Shown piece after piece: positions 23,224 through 34,288 of a DNA stretch of 37,456 bases. Position 1 is the stretch's first letter. Each line of letters starts with the position of its first letter. Under the pieces are notes generated by a model. That model was not told the DNA's origin. It saw nothing but the letters and a program-made list of their open reading frames with translations, and searched no databases. The stretch is from Octopus bimaculoides (lineage: Eukaryota): NCBI RefSeq assembly GCF_001194135.2, contig NC_068986.1, forward strand, positions 87,465,655-87,503,110, in the 5' to 3' direction. Both the position numbers and the translations under genes were made by a program.

Positions 23224-24744
23224 CTCACATACAAANNNNNNNNNNNNNNNNNNNNNNNNNNNNNNNNNNNNNNNNNNNNNNNNNNNNNNNNNNNNNNNNN
23301 NNNNNNNNNNNNNNNNNNNNNNNNNNNNNNNNNNNNNNNNNNNNNNNNNNNNNNNNNNNNNNNNNNNNNNNNNNNNNNNNNNNNNNNNNNNNNNNNNNNN
23401 NNNNNNNNNNNNNNNNNNNNNNNNNNNNNNNNNNNNNNNNNNNNNNNNNNNNNNNNNNNNNNNNNNNNNNNNNNNNNNNNNNNNNNNNNNNNNNNNNNNN
23501 NNNNNNNNNNNNNNNNNNNNNNNNNNNNNNNNNNNNNNNNNNNNNNNNNNNNNNNNNNNNNNNNNNNNNNNNNNNNNNNNNNNNNNNNNNNNNNNNNNNN
23601 NNNNNNNNNNNNNNNNNNNNNNNNNNNNNNNNNNNNNNNNNNNNNNNNNNNNNNNNNNNNNNNNNNNNNNNNNNNNNNNNNNNNNNNNNNNNNNNNNNNN
23701 NNNNNNNNNNNNNNNNNNNNNNNNNNNNNNNNNNNNNNNNNNNNNNNNNNNNNNNNNNNNNNNNNNNNNNNNNNNNNNNNNNNNNNNNNNNNNNNNNNNN
23801 NNNNNNNNNNNNNNNNNNNNNNNNNNNNNNNNNNNNNNNNNNNNNNNNNNNNNNNNNNNNNNNNNNNNNNNNNNNNNNNNNNNNNNNNNNNNNNNTATAT
23901 ATATATATATTATATATATATGTGTGTGTGTGTGTGTGTATTTATGTTAAAGGATGTTCAGGTAATTATCTAATATATATGAATTGTAAAAAACCCGCGA
24001 CCAATAACCGAAAGGGCACTCACTGCAAGCGTTCCGTCAAAAGTTACAGAAAATAATTCTATTGATTGTGACTTCGAAGTTTATTCGCTAGCGGCGTCAG
24101 CACCACCCACTACGTAACATAGTCATCTGTGTGTTTCCGTGCTTGCGTATGTTCATGTGTATGTGTGCGTGAGCTTATACATGTGTGTGTATGTGAGAGA
24201 GACACAGAGAGACAGAGAGAGAAACAGAGAGAGAGAGAGAGAGACAGAGACACAGAGAGAGAGAGAGAGACAGAGAGTGAGTGCAACTCGTTGAACGTGC
24301 TGTGGTATTCCATCCTTCTTGCGTTGTTTGATGACGTTCTGCCGTGTACCAGACATATACTCGGGTTGGGGGGAATCTTCTATCTATTTAACCCTCATTC
24401 TTCCTTTTTCTTTCTTTATTTATCTCTCTTTCGCTCTCTCTCTCTCTCTCTCTCTCTCTTTCACTTTTTGTGGTGAATCTACTACTGCATCAAGCCACGA
24501 GGAGAATCGTGGGGCCCACCGCCCCTAACGTCCCCTGCTGTTGATAAGGAAGAGTCAAGACAGATACTTCTCCATTGATAAATGTGAGAAGCTGCTTTGC
24601 ACTACAACATGACATATAAGAGCGTGTGTGTGTGTGCGCGTGTGAGCTAGTGTGTGTCTTTGTCTGTGTGCGTATGTGTGTGTGTGTCTCAGTACATGTG
24701 AGTGCTGGTGTGCGTGCGTGCGTGTGTCTGTGTGTGTGTGTGTA

Positions 24745-24807
24745 AGGCTATGCACGTATGTGTGTGTGTGAGTCTATGCACGTATGTGTGTGTGAGGCTA
24801 TGCACGT
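24745..24807. repeat. Minisatellite, 3 x ag(g/t)ctatgcacgt(atg)(tg)n, period 24-26 bp
   Basis: Units start at 24745, 24771 and 24795. Confidence 0.85.
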
Positions 24808-25386
24808 GTGTGCGTATCTGTTTGTACCCATATATCCGTATATATATCTGCAAAATATATATATTTTTGTTTTTTTATTCCAGTTTATACACAGCGAGTT
24901 ATATACCTACAAATTGGTGTGTAGAGTGCGCATATGTGTATGCGAGGTGTTTGCATATTATGCATGTATGTGTAAATGTCTTTATGTGTAATAATATTTT
25001 GCCAAGCCCTACAAACAACTTTCAGAAAACCTCAAATATATTACACTTTCCCTCTCTCTCTCTCCCTCTCACTCTTTCTCTCTCTCTCTCACTTTGTCTC
25101 TCCCTCTCTCTCTCTCACACACACAGTCTTGTGGTTTGGTTTTTGTTGTGTTTTCTCGTTTTCCCCCGTCATCGCCCTCTTTCTCTCTCTCGATCGCTCT
25201 CTCTACCTGTTTGCTACATGATGAATAGAAAAGAATGCAATAGCTGTGAGTATGACGGGTGGGAAGTTTATGATAGATATGGGTAGAAAGAGGAAAGGAA
25301 AGAAACGATGGTGTGTGATTTGTGTGTATGTTCAAGGTTGTGTGTGAAAGAGAAAGAAAGAAAGAGAGAGAGAAAGAAAGATACAG

Positions 25387-25429
<43 letters not shown>

Positions 25430-25529
25430 NNNNNNNNNNNNNNNNNNNNNNNNNNNNNNNNNNNNNNNNNNNNNNNNNNNNNNNNNNNNNNNNNNNNNNN
25501 NNNNNNNNNNNNNNNNNNNNNNNNNNNNN

Positions 25530-25737
25530 AATTGTCTTAGCCACTGGGCTACGGCCATGCTGGGGCACAGCCTTGAAGGGTTTCGTCAAACCAATCAACC
25601 TCAGTTTTCTTTTTTTTTTTTCCGAAAGAATGTTACTTATTCTACCCATCTGTTTCTCAACCGTTAAGTTACGTGGACATAAACAAACCAACATCAATTA
25701 ACTAGCGGTGCTGGGGCACAAACACACGAACACAAAC

Positions 25738-25740
<3 letters not shown>
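25530..25740 (-). mobile_element. SINE family A, 3' half (reverse)
   Basis: ctacggccatgctggggcacagccttgaaggg...tacttattctacc...ccgttaagttacgtggacataaac...ggggcacaaacac. Confidence 0.75.
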
Positions 25741-25769
<29 letters not shown>

Positions 25770-25810
25770 GTAGACACTAAGTGTGTGCGTGTGTGTCTAT
25801 TATATACATA

Positions 25811-26134
25811 TTCTTTTATTTCTTTCAGTCATTTGACTGCGGCGATGCTGGAGCACCGCCTTTAGTCGAGCAAATCGATCCCAGGACGATTGATGAACCG
25901 CTAGATGACGGGAACGTAAACACACCAGCATCAGTTGTCAAGTGATGTTGGGCTGGGGGGGGGGACAAACACAGACACACAAACATATATATAGGGTTAG
26001 GGTTATATATACGACGGGCTTCTTTCAGTTTCCGTCATTGGTTAGCCCGAGGCTATAGTAGAAGACACTTGCCCCAGGTGTCACGCAGTGGGACTGATCC
26101 CGGAACCATGTGGATCGTAAGCAAGCTACTTACC
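25811..26134 (-). mobile_element. SINE family A, near full length (reverse), with two internal deletions
   Basis: ttcttttattctttcagtcatttgactgcggcgatgctggagcaccgcc...acgacgggcttctttcagtttccgtc...gaggctatagtagaagacacttgcc...gcagtgggactgatcccggaaccatgtgg. Confidence 0.9.
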
Positions 26135-26202
26135 TATATATATATATACATATATATATNNNNNNNNNNNNNNNNNNNNNNNNNNNNNNNNNNNNNNNTA
26201 TA

Positions 26203-26325
26203 TGAAGAGTTTCTTTTAGTTTCCGTCAACCGAATTCACTCACAAAGCTTTGTTTAGCCTGTGGCTCTAGTAGAAAACAGATGTACAAGGTGCCACGCAG
26301 TGGGACCGAACCCAGAACCATTGTG
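26203..26325 (-). mobile_element. SINE family A, head half (reverse)
   Basis: ttcttttagtttccgtcaaccgaattcactcacaaagc...aaggtgccacgcagtgggaccgaacccagaacca. Confidence 0.85.
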
Positions 26326-26415
26326 TGTTTACGGATGCATGTTTCTACGTAGTTTTTACTATAGCCATATCAGTATTTCACTTGACATGTGTGTGCGAAT
26401 ATGTGTGTGTGTATG

Positions 26416-26449
<34 letters not shown>

Positions 26450-26740
26450 ATTTAACAGAAGCAACAGAGCGACTAAACGGCCGAGAGTTTCGTGTATTAA
26501 CACTTATCAAACGCACACACACACGTGTATGTTACTTTTTTTTTAATGAAGATATGGCTATGTGAGTAGTCGAAATGCAGAACACTATGCGCCTGAGTGG
26601 GAGCTAAAATATAAACTGATGTACCTACAATGCTGGATGGGGCTAGATGTTGGAAATGCTGTAACGTTTACACGCACGCACATGTGGAAGTACACGTGAC
26701 CACTCAGAAAACGGCCCGACCCGCTTTTTCACAATGCAAA

Positions 26741-26776
<36 letters not shown>

Positions 26777-27153
26777 AGCGTGAGTGTGTGTGTGAGAGAG
26801 AGAGACAGACAGAGAGCATGTGTGTAAATAGACAGATAGATATGCTTACACACACACACACACACACGTACTCTCTCACTTTGTCCCTCCCTCCCTCTCT
26901 CTCGCACATACACACACGTGTGTACATTCATTCTTATATGCGTTTCCATCCAGCTATGGCCATTCTGGAGTTCACTTATATTTCTTTATGGGCAAGTACA
27001 CCTACCTATATGTCCAAAATGGGTGATTTTGCGTGTAAGAGCGTGTGCGCCTATGTGAACGTATGCACTTAGACACACATACACACACACACACACACAC
27101 ATATATATACATATACATACATGCAAATATGCATGTATGTTTGCATATATGTA

Positions 27154-27211
<58 letters not shown>

Positions 27212-27213
<2 letters not shown>

Positions 27214-27600
27214 GTGTGGTAAGAATCGTGCTACCCAACCACATGGTTCAGGGTTCAGTTCCACTGTGTGGCAACTAATGCAAGTGTGATCCACTATAGC
27301 CTTGGTCCAACCAAAGCCTTGTGAGTGGAGTTGGTAGACGGAAACTGAAAGAAGCCCGTCGTATATGTATATATATATGTCTGTGTGCGTGTGTGCGCTT
27401 GTGTGTTTGTCCCTACCGTCGCTTGACAACTGATGTTGGTGTGTTTACATCCCGCAACCTCACGGTTCGGCAAAAGAAACCGATAGAATAAGTACTAGGC
27501 TTCCAGTGAATAAGTCCTGGAGTCAATTTGTTCGACAAAAGGCTGTGCTCCAGCATGGCTGGAGTCAAATGACTGAAACAAGTAAAAGAATAAAAGAATA
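27212..27600 (+). mobile_element. SINE family A, full length
   Basis: tRNA-like head (gtgtggtaag...gggttcagttcc), then ccaaagccttgtgagtggagttggtagacggaaactgaaagaagcccgtcg, an internal (TA)/(TG) tract, a 3' half and a taaaagaa x2 tail. Confidence 0.92.
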
Positions 27601-27608
27601 CATGTATG

Positions 27609-27650
<42 letters not shown>

Positions 27651-27723
27651 NNNNNNNNNNNNNNNNNNNNNNNNNNNNNNNNNNNNNNNNNNNNNNNNNN
27701 NNNNNNNNNNNNNNNNNNNNNNN

Positions 27724-27781
<58 letters not shown>

Positions 27782-27933
27782 GTGTGTGTGTGTGTGTGTG
27801 TATACGGAAAGTAAGAGAAGGAGAAATGGTAGAGAAAAGCTGACTTGATATGAAGACAGACAGACAGACAGCCTTTCTAACGGAGTGTGTGCGTGTGTGA
27901 AAAACGGGGACAGTGGAAAGTAGGTTGATAAAG

Positions 27934-28110
27934 TTATTGTCTAGCCCTGTTAGACCTTGATTGATCTGAACTCCAATGAAAGGGGTTCTAACTGTGACCA
28001 TCCCATGTTTTCCCTTCGTAATCGGAACTCACACCCACATTACACAACGTGTATTTTTCTAAGATAGTCGTGTGTGGATTTTGAGATATCTGACTGCTAT
28101 TTCTTGCAGG
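27934..28110 (-). mobile_element. Family C, full copy (1st of a cluster)
   Basis: ttattgtctagccctgttagaccttgattg...actgtgaccatccc...gagatatctgactgctatttcttgcagg. Confidence 0.7.
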
Positions 28111-28207
28111 CCCTAAGTTAACCCATCATGGCTCATATGTAGTTAGATATAAGTGTTGAGGAGGGAGTGTATGTAAATATGAGGTTGATGGGTAGAAGAA
28201 AGAGAAG

Positions 28208-28454
28208 ATCGTTAGGTGAAATATGTATACCAGACGTTCCAACCGTGACCACCTATCATTTTGTTTCCTGATAGGGTGTATCTAGAACTAATTAAAGACA
28301 AATCTATATAATTTTTTATTGAGGTTAATTTTTATAGACATTAAGTGCATAATTTTCGATAGGCTTTGTGAGGGCTATGAGTAAGCCACTTCCTCCAGAT
28401 CACACCAAAAAGTAAGATTTAGCTGCTTTTTCTAGGAGATCAAGTGACAACATA
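28208..28454 (-). mobile_element. Family C, full copy (2nd of the cluster)
   Basis: gacgttccaaccgtgaccacc ... agatttagctgctttttctaggagatcaagtgac. Confidence 0.55.
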
Positions 28455-28539
28455 CGGCTTCCTTGTAAATTGCTTATAATGTAGGTAGAAACGCAGGTAG
28501 GGAGAGATGTGGGTAGGTTTAGAGTTATTTATCACCATG

Positions 28540-28598
28540 CCTATTCTAATCCCACCGGCATTGTTACCAAAGGCGCCCCCGCCATGACCATCCATTTT
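28540..28598 (-). mobile_element. Family C, partial copy (3rd of the cluster)
   Basis: accaaaggcgcccccgccatgaccatccattttt. Confidence 0.5.
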
Positions 28599-29449
28599 TA
28601 TTTTATATTTTAATACTACATTTTATGAGTACTTTTTTTTTTATTTTAATTATTATTTTTTTTTTTTTTTTTTTTTTTTTTTTGATGTGATAAGGTTGAA
28701 ATTGAAGGATTTGCATACCATTTCTAGAAGAGAGTAGCGATGTAGAGTGTTCCTCTCTGATTTTTAATGTATTATAAGGAAACATCTCAAGTACACGAGA
28801 AAATTGCTGTTCAGATATGGAGACATACAAATTTTGAGAATGATATAGAGTGAGATAGAAAAAAATTGATAGATAGATAGATACAGAGATACATAGGTAG
28901 AGAGAGAGAGAGAGAGAGAGAGCAAGAGAGAGAGGGAGAGAGACATTGAGAAGAAATTTATAAAGAGAATGTCATGCATATATTTATATAAAGCACACAC
29001 GCATATGCATCTTATAAGACCATCCATATGTACATATATGAATTGTAAACGCGCAAGACAACCATATAGCGAGAGACTGATTTATAGACGCATAGATGGA
29101 TGATTAGGCAAATGTATACAGTTCAATGGACAGCATATATATGTCTGTGTGCGTGTATGTAAAAGTTTACATGTATCTATTTATCTGTGGATAGAGAGAT
29201 AGATATTTGCACACATACAAAATCACAGGACACACACACACATACATAAAGAGAGAGAGAGAGAGAGAGAGGGGGGGGAGAGAGAAGAGAGAAGAGAGAG
29301 AGACAGAAGTGAGGGAGAGGTGGAAGAGCAAGTGGCAGAAAATTAGATCTAGATCATTATTATATACCAAATTTCAAGTTCCATTTAACATAATCGTTTG
29401 TAGATCGGCAACAAGAGGTCGGATTAACAAATTGCAGATAATGCATGCT

Positions 29450-29531
<82 letters not shown>

Positions 29532-29598
29532 TATAAACATACATGTACATAGACGCAAACATATTTGCGTAGATATATGTATACACATAGATATCCAT

Positions 29599-29662
<64 letters not shown>

Positions 29663-29842
29663 TTATATACACTAATATATACAGAAATTTTAAGAGACAT
29701 ATACATACATGAATAGACAGGCAAGCCGGCAAGCAGGCAGACTGAGACGAGGAAATATATTAAAGACAGACAGGCGAAAAAGGAAGAAACGAACTTGCTT
29801 TCACAAAGACAATTAAATACACTATATAATCAATTAATCATT

Positions 29843-29993
29843 TAACCCCTGGTTATTTCATCCTAAGTAGTTCTGTGACCACAGGTTTCAAAACCGTGGC
29901 CGTTTCATTTTTGTTGTTATTATTCTTAACAAGTAGGATTAAATTGGAGAATATTTGGCTGCTATTTCTAACGTTTGCTGCGACTATGTAGAG
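29843..29993 (-). mobile_element. Family C, full copy
   Basis: atttaacccctggt...aaaccgtggccgtttc...ggagaatatttggctgctatttctaacgtttgctgcgactatgtagag. Confidence 0.65.
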
Positions 29994-30181
29994 TTGTTTT
30001 TTTGCCTGAGACTGCAGTATATTTATTTATGGAACGGCGGAGAAATGTCAGTGATTTTCACACCAAAAAAGATTTAAAATATTGAAATTGTGAAGATTTT
30101 GTATAATTGTGGCATTTCGTATCTGTAATGGCTTCTTAATAAATTACCTTTTTAATATGGCTGTTATATACATGCATATAC

Positions 30182-30227
<46 letters not shown>

Positions 30228-30470
30228 NNNNNNNNNNNNNNNNNNNNNNNNNNNNNNNNNNNNNNNNNNNNNNNNNNNNNNNNNNNNNNNNNNNNNNNNN
30301 NNNNNNNNNNNNNNNNNNNNNNNNNNNNNNNNNNNNNNNNNNNNNNNNNNNNNNNNNNNNNNNNNNNNNNNNNNNNNNNNNNNNNNNNNNNNNNNNNNNN
30401 NNNNNNNNNNNNNNNNNNNNNNNNNNNNNNNNNNNNNTATATATATATATATATATATACAAACATACAT

Positions 30471-30501
<31 letters not shown>

Positions 30502-31078
30502 CAGACATACAGACATATGCACACATATATATACAAATACACATAGATTTACGTACATTTACATATACATACATTATATATATATATATATATATATATG
30601 CACAGCAAAAGAAAGCGCTTATGATTACACACACACATACATATATATATTAATACATACATAAATATGGGTACATGCACATATACTGTTAGTGTAGAAG
30701 TGAGTAAGTATATATGTGTGATGAGTGTGCGCATGTGTGCAGCTGTAGTTCTGACTGTGTATCTGAACCCATTTGTATGCCTTCACACACGCAAATATGT
30801 TAGTCGTATGTGTACATGTGATTAAACGTGTATATATAAGAAAAGACGTAAATATATATATATATATCAAGGCTTGTATATTTGTCTCTATCTGTGTGTG
30901 TACTCCTGTATGTGTGTGTCTGTTAATCTACACATAGCTACGACTGTGGATGTGCATGCCTATATCTCTCCGTGTGTGTGTATATGTGTGTGTGTTTATA
31001 TCTGAGTATGTGTTCGTATTTATGCAGCTCTCTATCAATAGACGTATGCTTTCTGTGCGTGTGTATGTTTGGATTAAA

Positions 31079-31133
<55 letters not shown>

Positions 31134-32269
31134 ATTCGGTTAACAAACTTGTCAATGTGTGTATGTTGGTGTATGTGTGTAGCTGCACTCTTATCTAAAA
31201 TATATTGTTTGTGTGCGCGACAGGATTATAAATTTAAGAATAATCTACGTATTCATGAAGCTGTTGTTGTTACAGTCGTTGGTAGCGAGTGATCTAACTC
31301 CAGCTGTGACCAACACGTCTATTTAGAGGGGTATCCATTATTATATTATATCATATTATGTAATTATGTCGTTGCATTTATGAGATAGCTGTGTAGCTGT
31401 TATTTCTGGCAATTCGAGTGACTGAGACAAAACAGGACTCCGTTATTTGTGTCGAACGTGTGTGCATGTGTGTGTGCGTGTGTATGTATATATATATATA
31501 TNNNNNNNNNNNNNNNNNNNNNNNNNNNNNNNNNNNNNNNNNNNNNNNNNNNNNNNNNNNNNNNNNNNNNNNNNNNNNNNNNNNNNNNNNNNNNNNNNNN
31601 NNNNNNNNNNNNNNNNNNNNNNNNNNNNNNNNNNNNNNNNNNNNNNNNNNNNNNNNNNNNNNNNNNNNNNNNNNNNNNNNNNNNNNNNNNNNNNNNNNNN
31701 NNNNNNNNNNNNNNNNNNNNNNNNNNNNNNNNNNNNNNNNNNNNNNNNNNNNNNNNNNNNNNNNNNNNNNNNNNNNNNNNNNNNNNNNNNNNNNNNNNNN
31801 NNNNNNNNNNNNNNNNNNNNNNNNNNNNNNNNNNNNNNNNNNNNNNNNNNNNNNNNNNNNNNNNNNNNNNNNNNNNNNNNNNNNNNNNNNNNNNNNNNNN
31901 NNNNNNNNNNNNNNNNNNNNNNNNNNNNNNNNNNNNNNNNNNNNNNNNNNNNNNNNNNNNNNNNNNNNNNNNNNNNNNNNNNNNNNNNNNNNNNNNNNNN
32001 NNNNNNNNNNNNNNNNNNNNNNNNNNNNNNNNNNNNNNNNNNNNNNNNNNNNNNNNNNNNNNNNNNNNNNNNNNNNNNNNNNNNNNNNNNNNNNNNNNNN
32101 NNNNNNNNNNNNNNNNNNNNNNNNNNNNNNNNNNNNNNNNNNNNNNNNNNNNNNNNNNNNNNNNNNNNNNNNNNNNNNNNNNNNNNNNNNNNNNNNNNNN
32201 NNNNNNNNNNNNNTATATAATACGTAAATACATATACAGGTAGATACACAGAAAGATAAAAATATAGAT

Positions 32270-32380
32270 AGATAGGTAGGTAGGTAGGTAGGGAAGTAGG
32301 TAGGTAGGTAGGTAGGTAGGTAGGCAAGTAGGTAGGTAGGTAGGTAGGTAGGTAGGTAGGCAAGTAGGTAGGTAGGTATA
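32270..32380. repeat. (TAGG)n tetranucleotide array with a duplicated taggcaag variant
   Basis: Directly visible. Confidence 0.95.
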
Positions 32381-32489
32381 AGTGAACACACACACACACC
32401 TATATACACGCATGCATACATTTGCACGGACATGTTTGTTGTAAATATGTGCATGTCGTAAGTGTGGTCTGTGGTATGAGCATGCGTGT

Positions 32490-32541
<52 letters not shown>

Positions 32542-32562
32542 TCGTATGATTTGAGAAGGGTA

Positions 32563-32767
32563 TTGTTGTTTAGGCTCCTAGGTCAGCCCTTGATCAGCCT
32601 GGCCCAACCCCACAGGACATTGCAGCTGTGACTAACCAGAATTCTTATCCATCGCTTCTAAGACTACATGTACTCGTTGAGTCCTTCCTGCATTAATGAA
32701 TATATATGTCTGAAATTTGAAGGAGATTTGGCTGGTATTTCTAGCATAGTGATCGAGACGTACAGGG
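32563..32767 (-). mobile_element. Family C, full copy (tandem 1)
   Basis: ttgttgtttaggctcctaggtcagcccttgatc...gctgtgac...tttgaaggagatttggctggtatttctagcat. Confidence 0.75.
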
Positions 32768-32805
32768 ACGAGACTTTTCCGTAGGCTTCATTTAACAATG
32801 TTATC

Positions 32806-32985
32806 GCTGTTGTTGCTTAGCCAGAGGCTCGCCTTTCTCCAGCAGACGTATTATTAGACTACCCAACAGTGACCACCCAATATATATATATATATTTCGT
32901 TTTCAGACATATTACCCACATTTCAAACCGATAGGATGCGAAATTGGGGGAGATTTCACTGCTATTTCTAGCACAGAGTCAGCGA
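32806..32985 (-). mobile_element. Family C, full copy (tandem 2)
   Basis: gctgttgttgcttagccagaggctcgcc...cagtgaccaccc...gggggagatttcactgctatttctagcac. Confidence 0.7.
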
Positions 32986-33019
32986 TAAATATGGTGAAAC
33001 GTATGAATAGTATTGTAAT

Positions 33020-33205
33020 GTTTATTTAACCCCGAGTGAAGTCTGATCCAATTGAATTATGATTTAAAAGAATCCAAATGTGACCACCCCTTCTTTTACT
33101 GATATGGAACGAAGTCCGGATAACATAATCTAATGTATGTTCACATAAGACGGTCGGGTGTGATATAGAGATTTGGTTGCCATTTTTAGCAGACCGAGTT
33201 AAGAA
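33020..33205 (-). mobile_element. Family C, full copy (tandem 3)
   Basis: gtttatttaaccccgagtgaagtctgatc...tgtgaccacccc...gggtgtgatatagagatttggttgccatttttagcagacc. Confidence 0.7.
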
Positions 33206-33751
33206 GAGACTCTCTCTTTGCCTCGTTGAATATGTTTGAGTAGATATAAATACGTATATGTGTACGTGTGTGTATGTATGAGTGTGGAAGTGTACGTGTG
33301 CGGAGTGTGTGTGTATATGTTTTTGCCTGTTTGTGTATGTTGTGTATGTGTCGCATAAATGTATTACTCTGAAAGTAAATATAATTACAGCCATTGCGTG
33401 TGTATGTGTATATGTGTGTATATGTATTTTTGTGTGTGTGTGTGTGTGTGTGTATATAAGTGTGTGTGTAGTATTGTGTATGCTTATATACGCTACATAG
33501 ATGCACTACCATGTATGTGCGTGTGTGCAGATGGGAGAGGGGGGGGGACATTGTGCGCGCTTGCGAGTGAGAAAGAAAGAGAAAGAGTGAAAGAGAAAAG
33601 GCAGTTTTTTTTCGATCGCAAAAAATAACCAAATGCGTGTGTGCATGCGTGTGTGCGCGTGTATATAAAGTGCCAGTGTGTTTAAGCGCATGCTCGCTCA
33701 TGCTATTTCATGTGTATGTACGCGTAAGTCCGCTTGTATGCGTGTGTGCGC

Positions 33752-33792
<41 letters not shown>

Positions 33793-34082
33793 GGTGTGCG
33801 TATATATATGACATTTGAGTTGGATGCAATAAATAAAGTGTGCTTTTGTAAAATGGTGTTGATGTTGTTCTTGTGGTAGTGATGGTTGTTCCTGCTGTTT
33901 TCACCGTTGTTGTTGTTGTTGCTGCTGCTGCTGCGGCTACTGTTCGCGTTGTTTAGTCCCAGGTCAGAGTTGCGTGTAGGATACACCGTCCTAAAAGATG
34001 TGATGCTGGTTTGTGGTGACGATGATGATGGCGGCTGTGACTATATTGGCGAGGTAACGGTGGCGGCTATCTTTTGCCTGCA

Positions 34083-34288
34083 GTTAACTCTAGGTAGATG
34101 GTGGATTAGGTAATCCTGTCAACAAAGGCATTCCAGCCGTGGCCACCCACCATTTGTTTTTTTTTATTATAGATTTAGGCAAGCCGGAAATATATTAAGC
34201 AACGTGTCAAGTTTTTTTTTTTTTTTTTTTTTCTAAAACAAAATGGTGAATGATTTGAGGTAAATCTCGCTGCTATTTTCAGAAGGCT
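34083..34288 (-). mobile_element. Family C, full copy (a further (GTT)-end fragment lies at 33945-33975)
   Basis: gttaactctagg...caaaggcattccagccgtggccaccc...gatttgaggtaaatctcgctgctattttcagaagg. Upstream fragment: gttgtttagtcccaggtcag. Confidence 0.7.

Noticed and set aside
24745-24807. Repeated TACGTG/CACGTG (HRE/E-box) in the minisatellite
   Set aside because: ACGT cores arise readily at CA/TG tract junctions throughout the window.
27934-33205. Repeat-spacer-repeat look of the family C clusters (CRISPR-like)
   Set aside because: The context is eukaryotic, the repeats are highly diverged, the spacing is irregular and long, and there are no cas genes.
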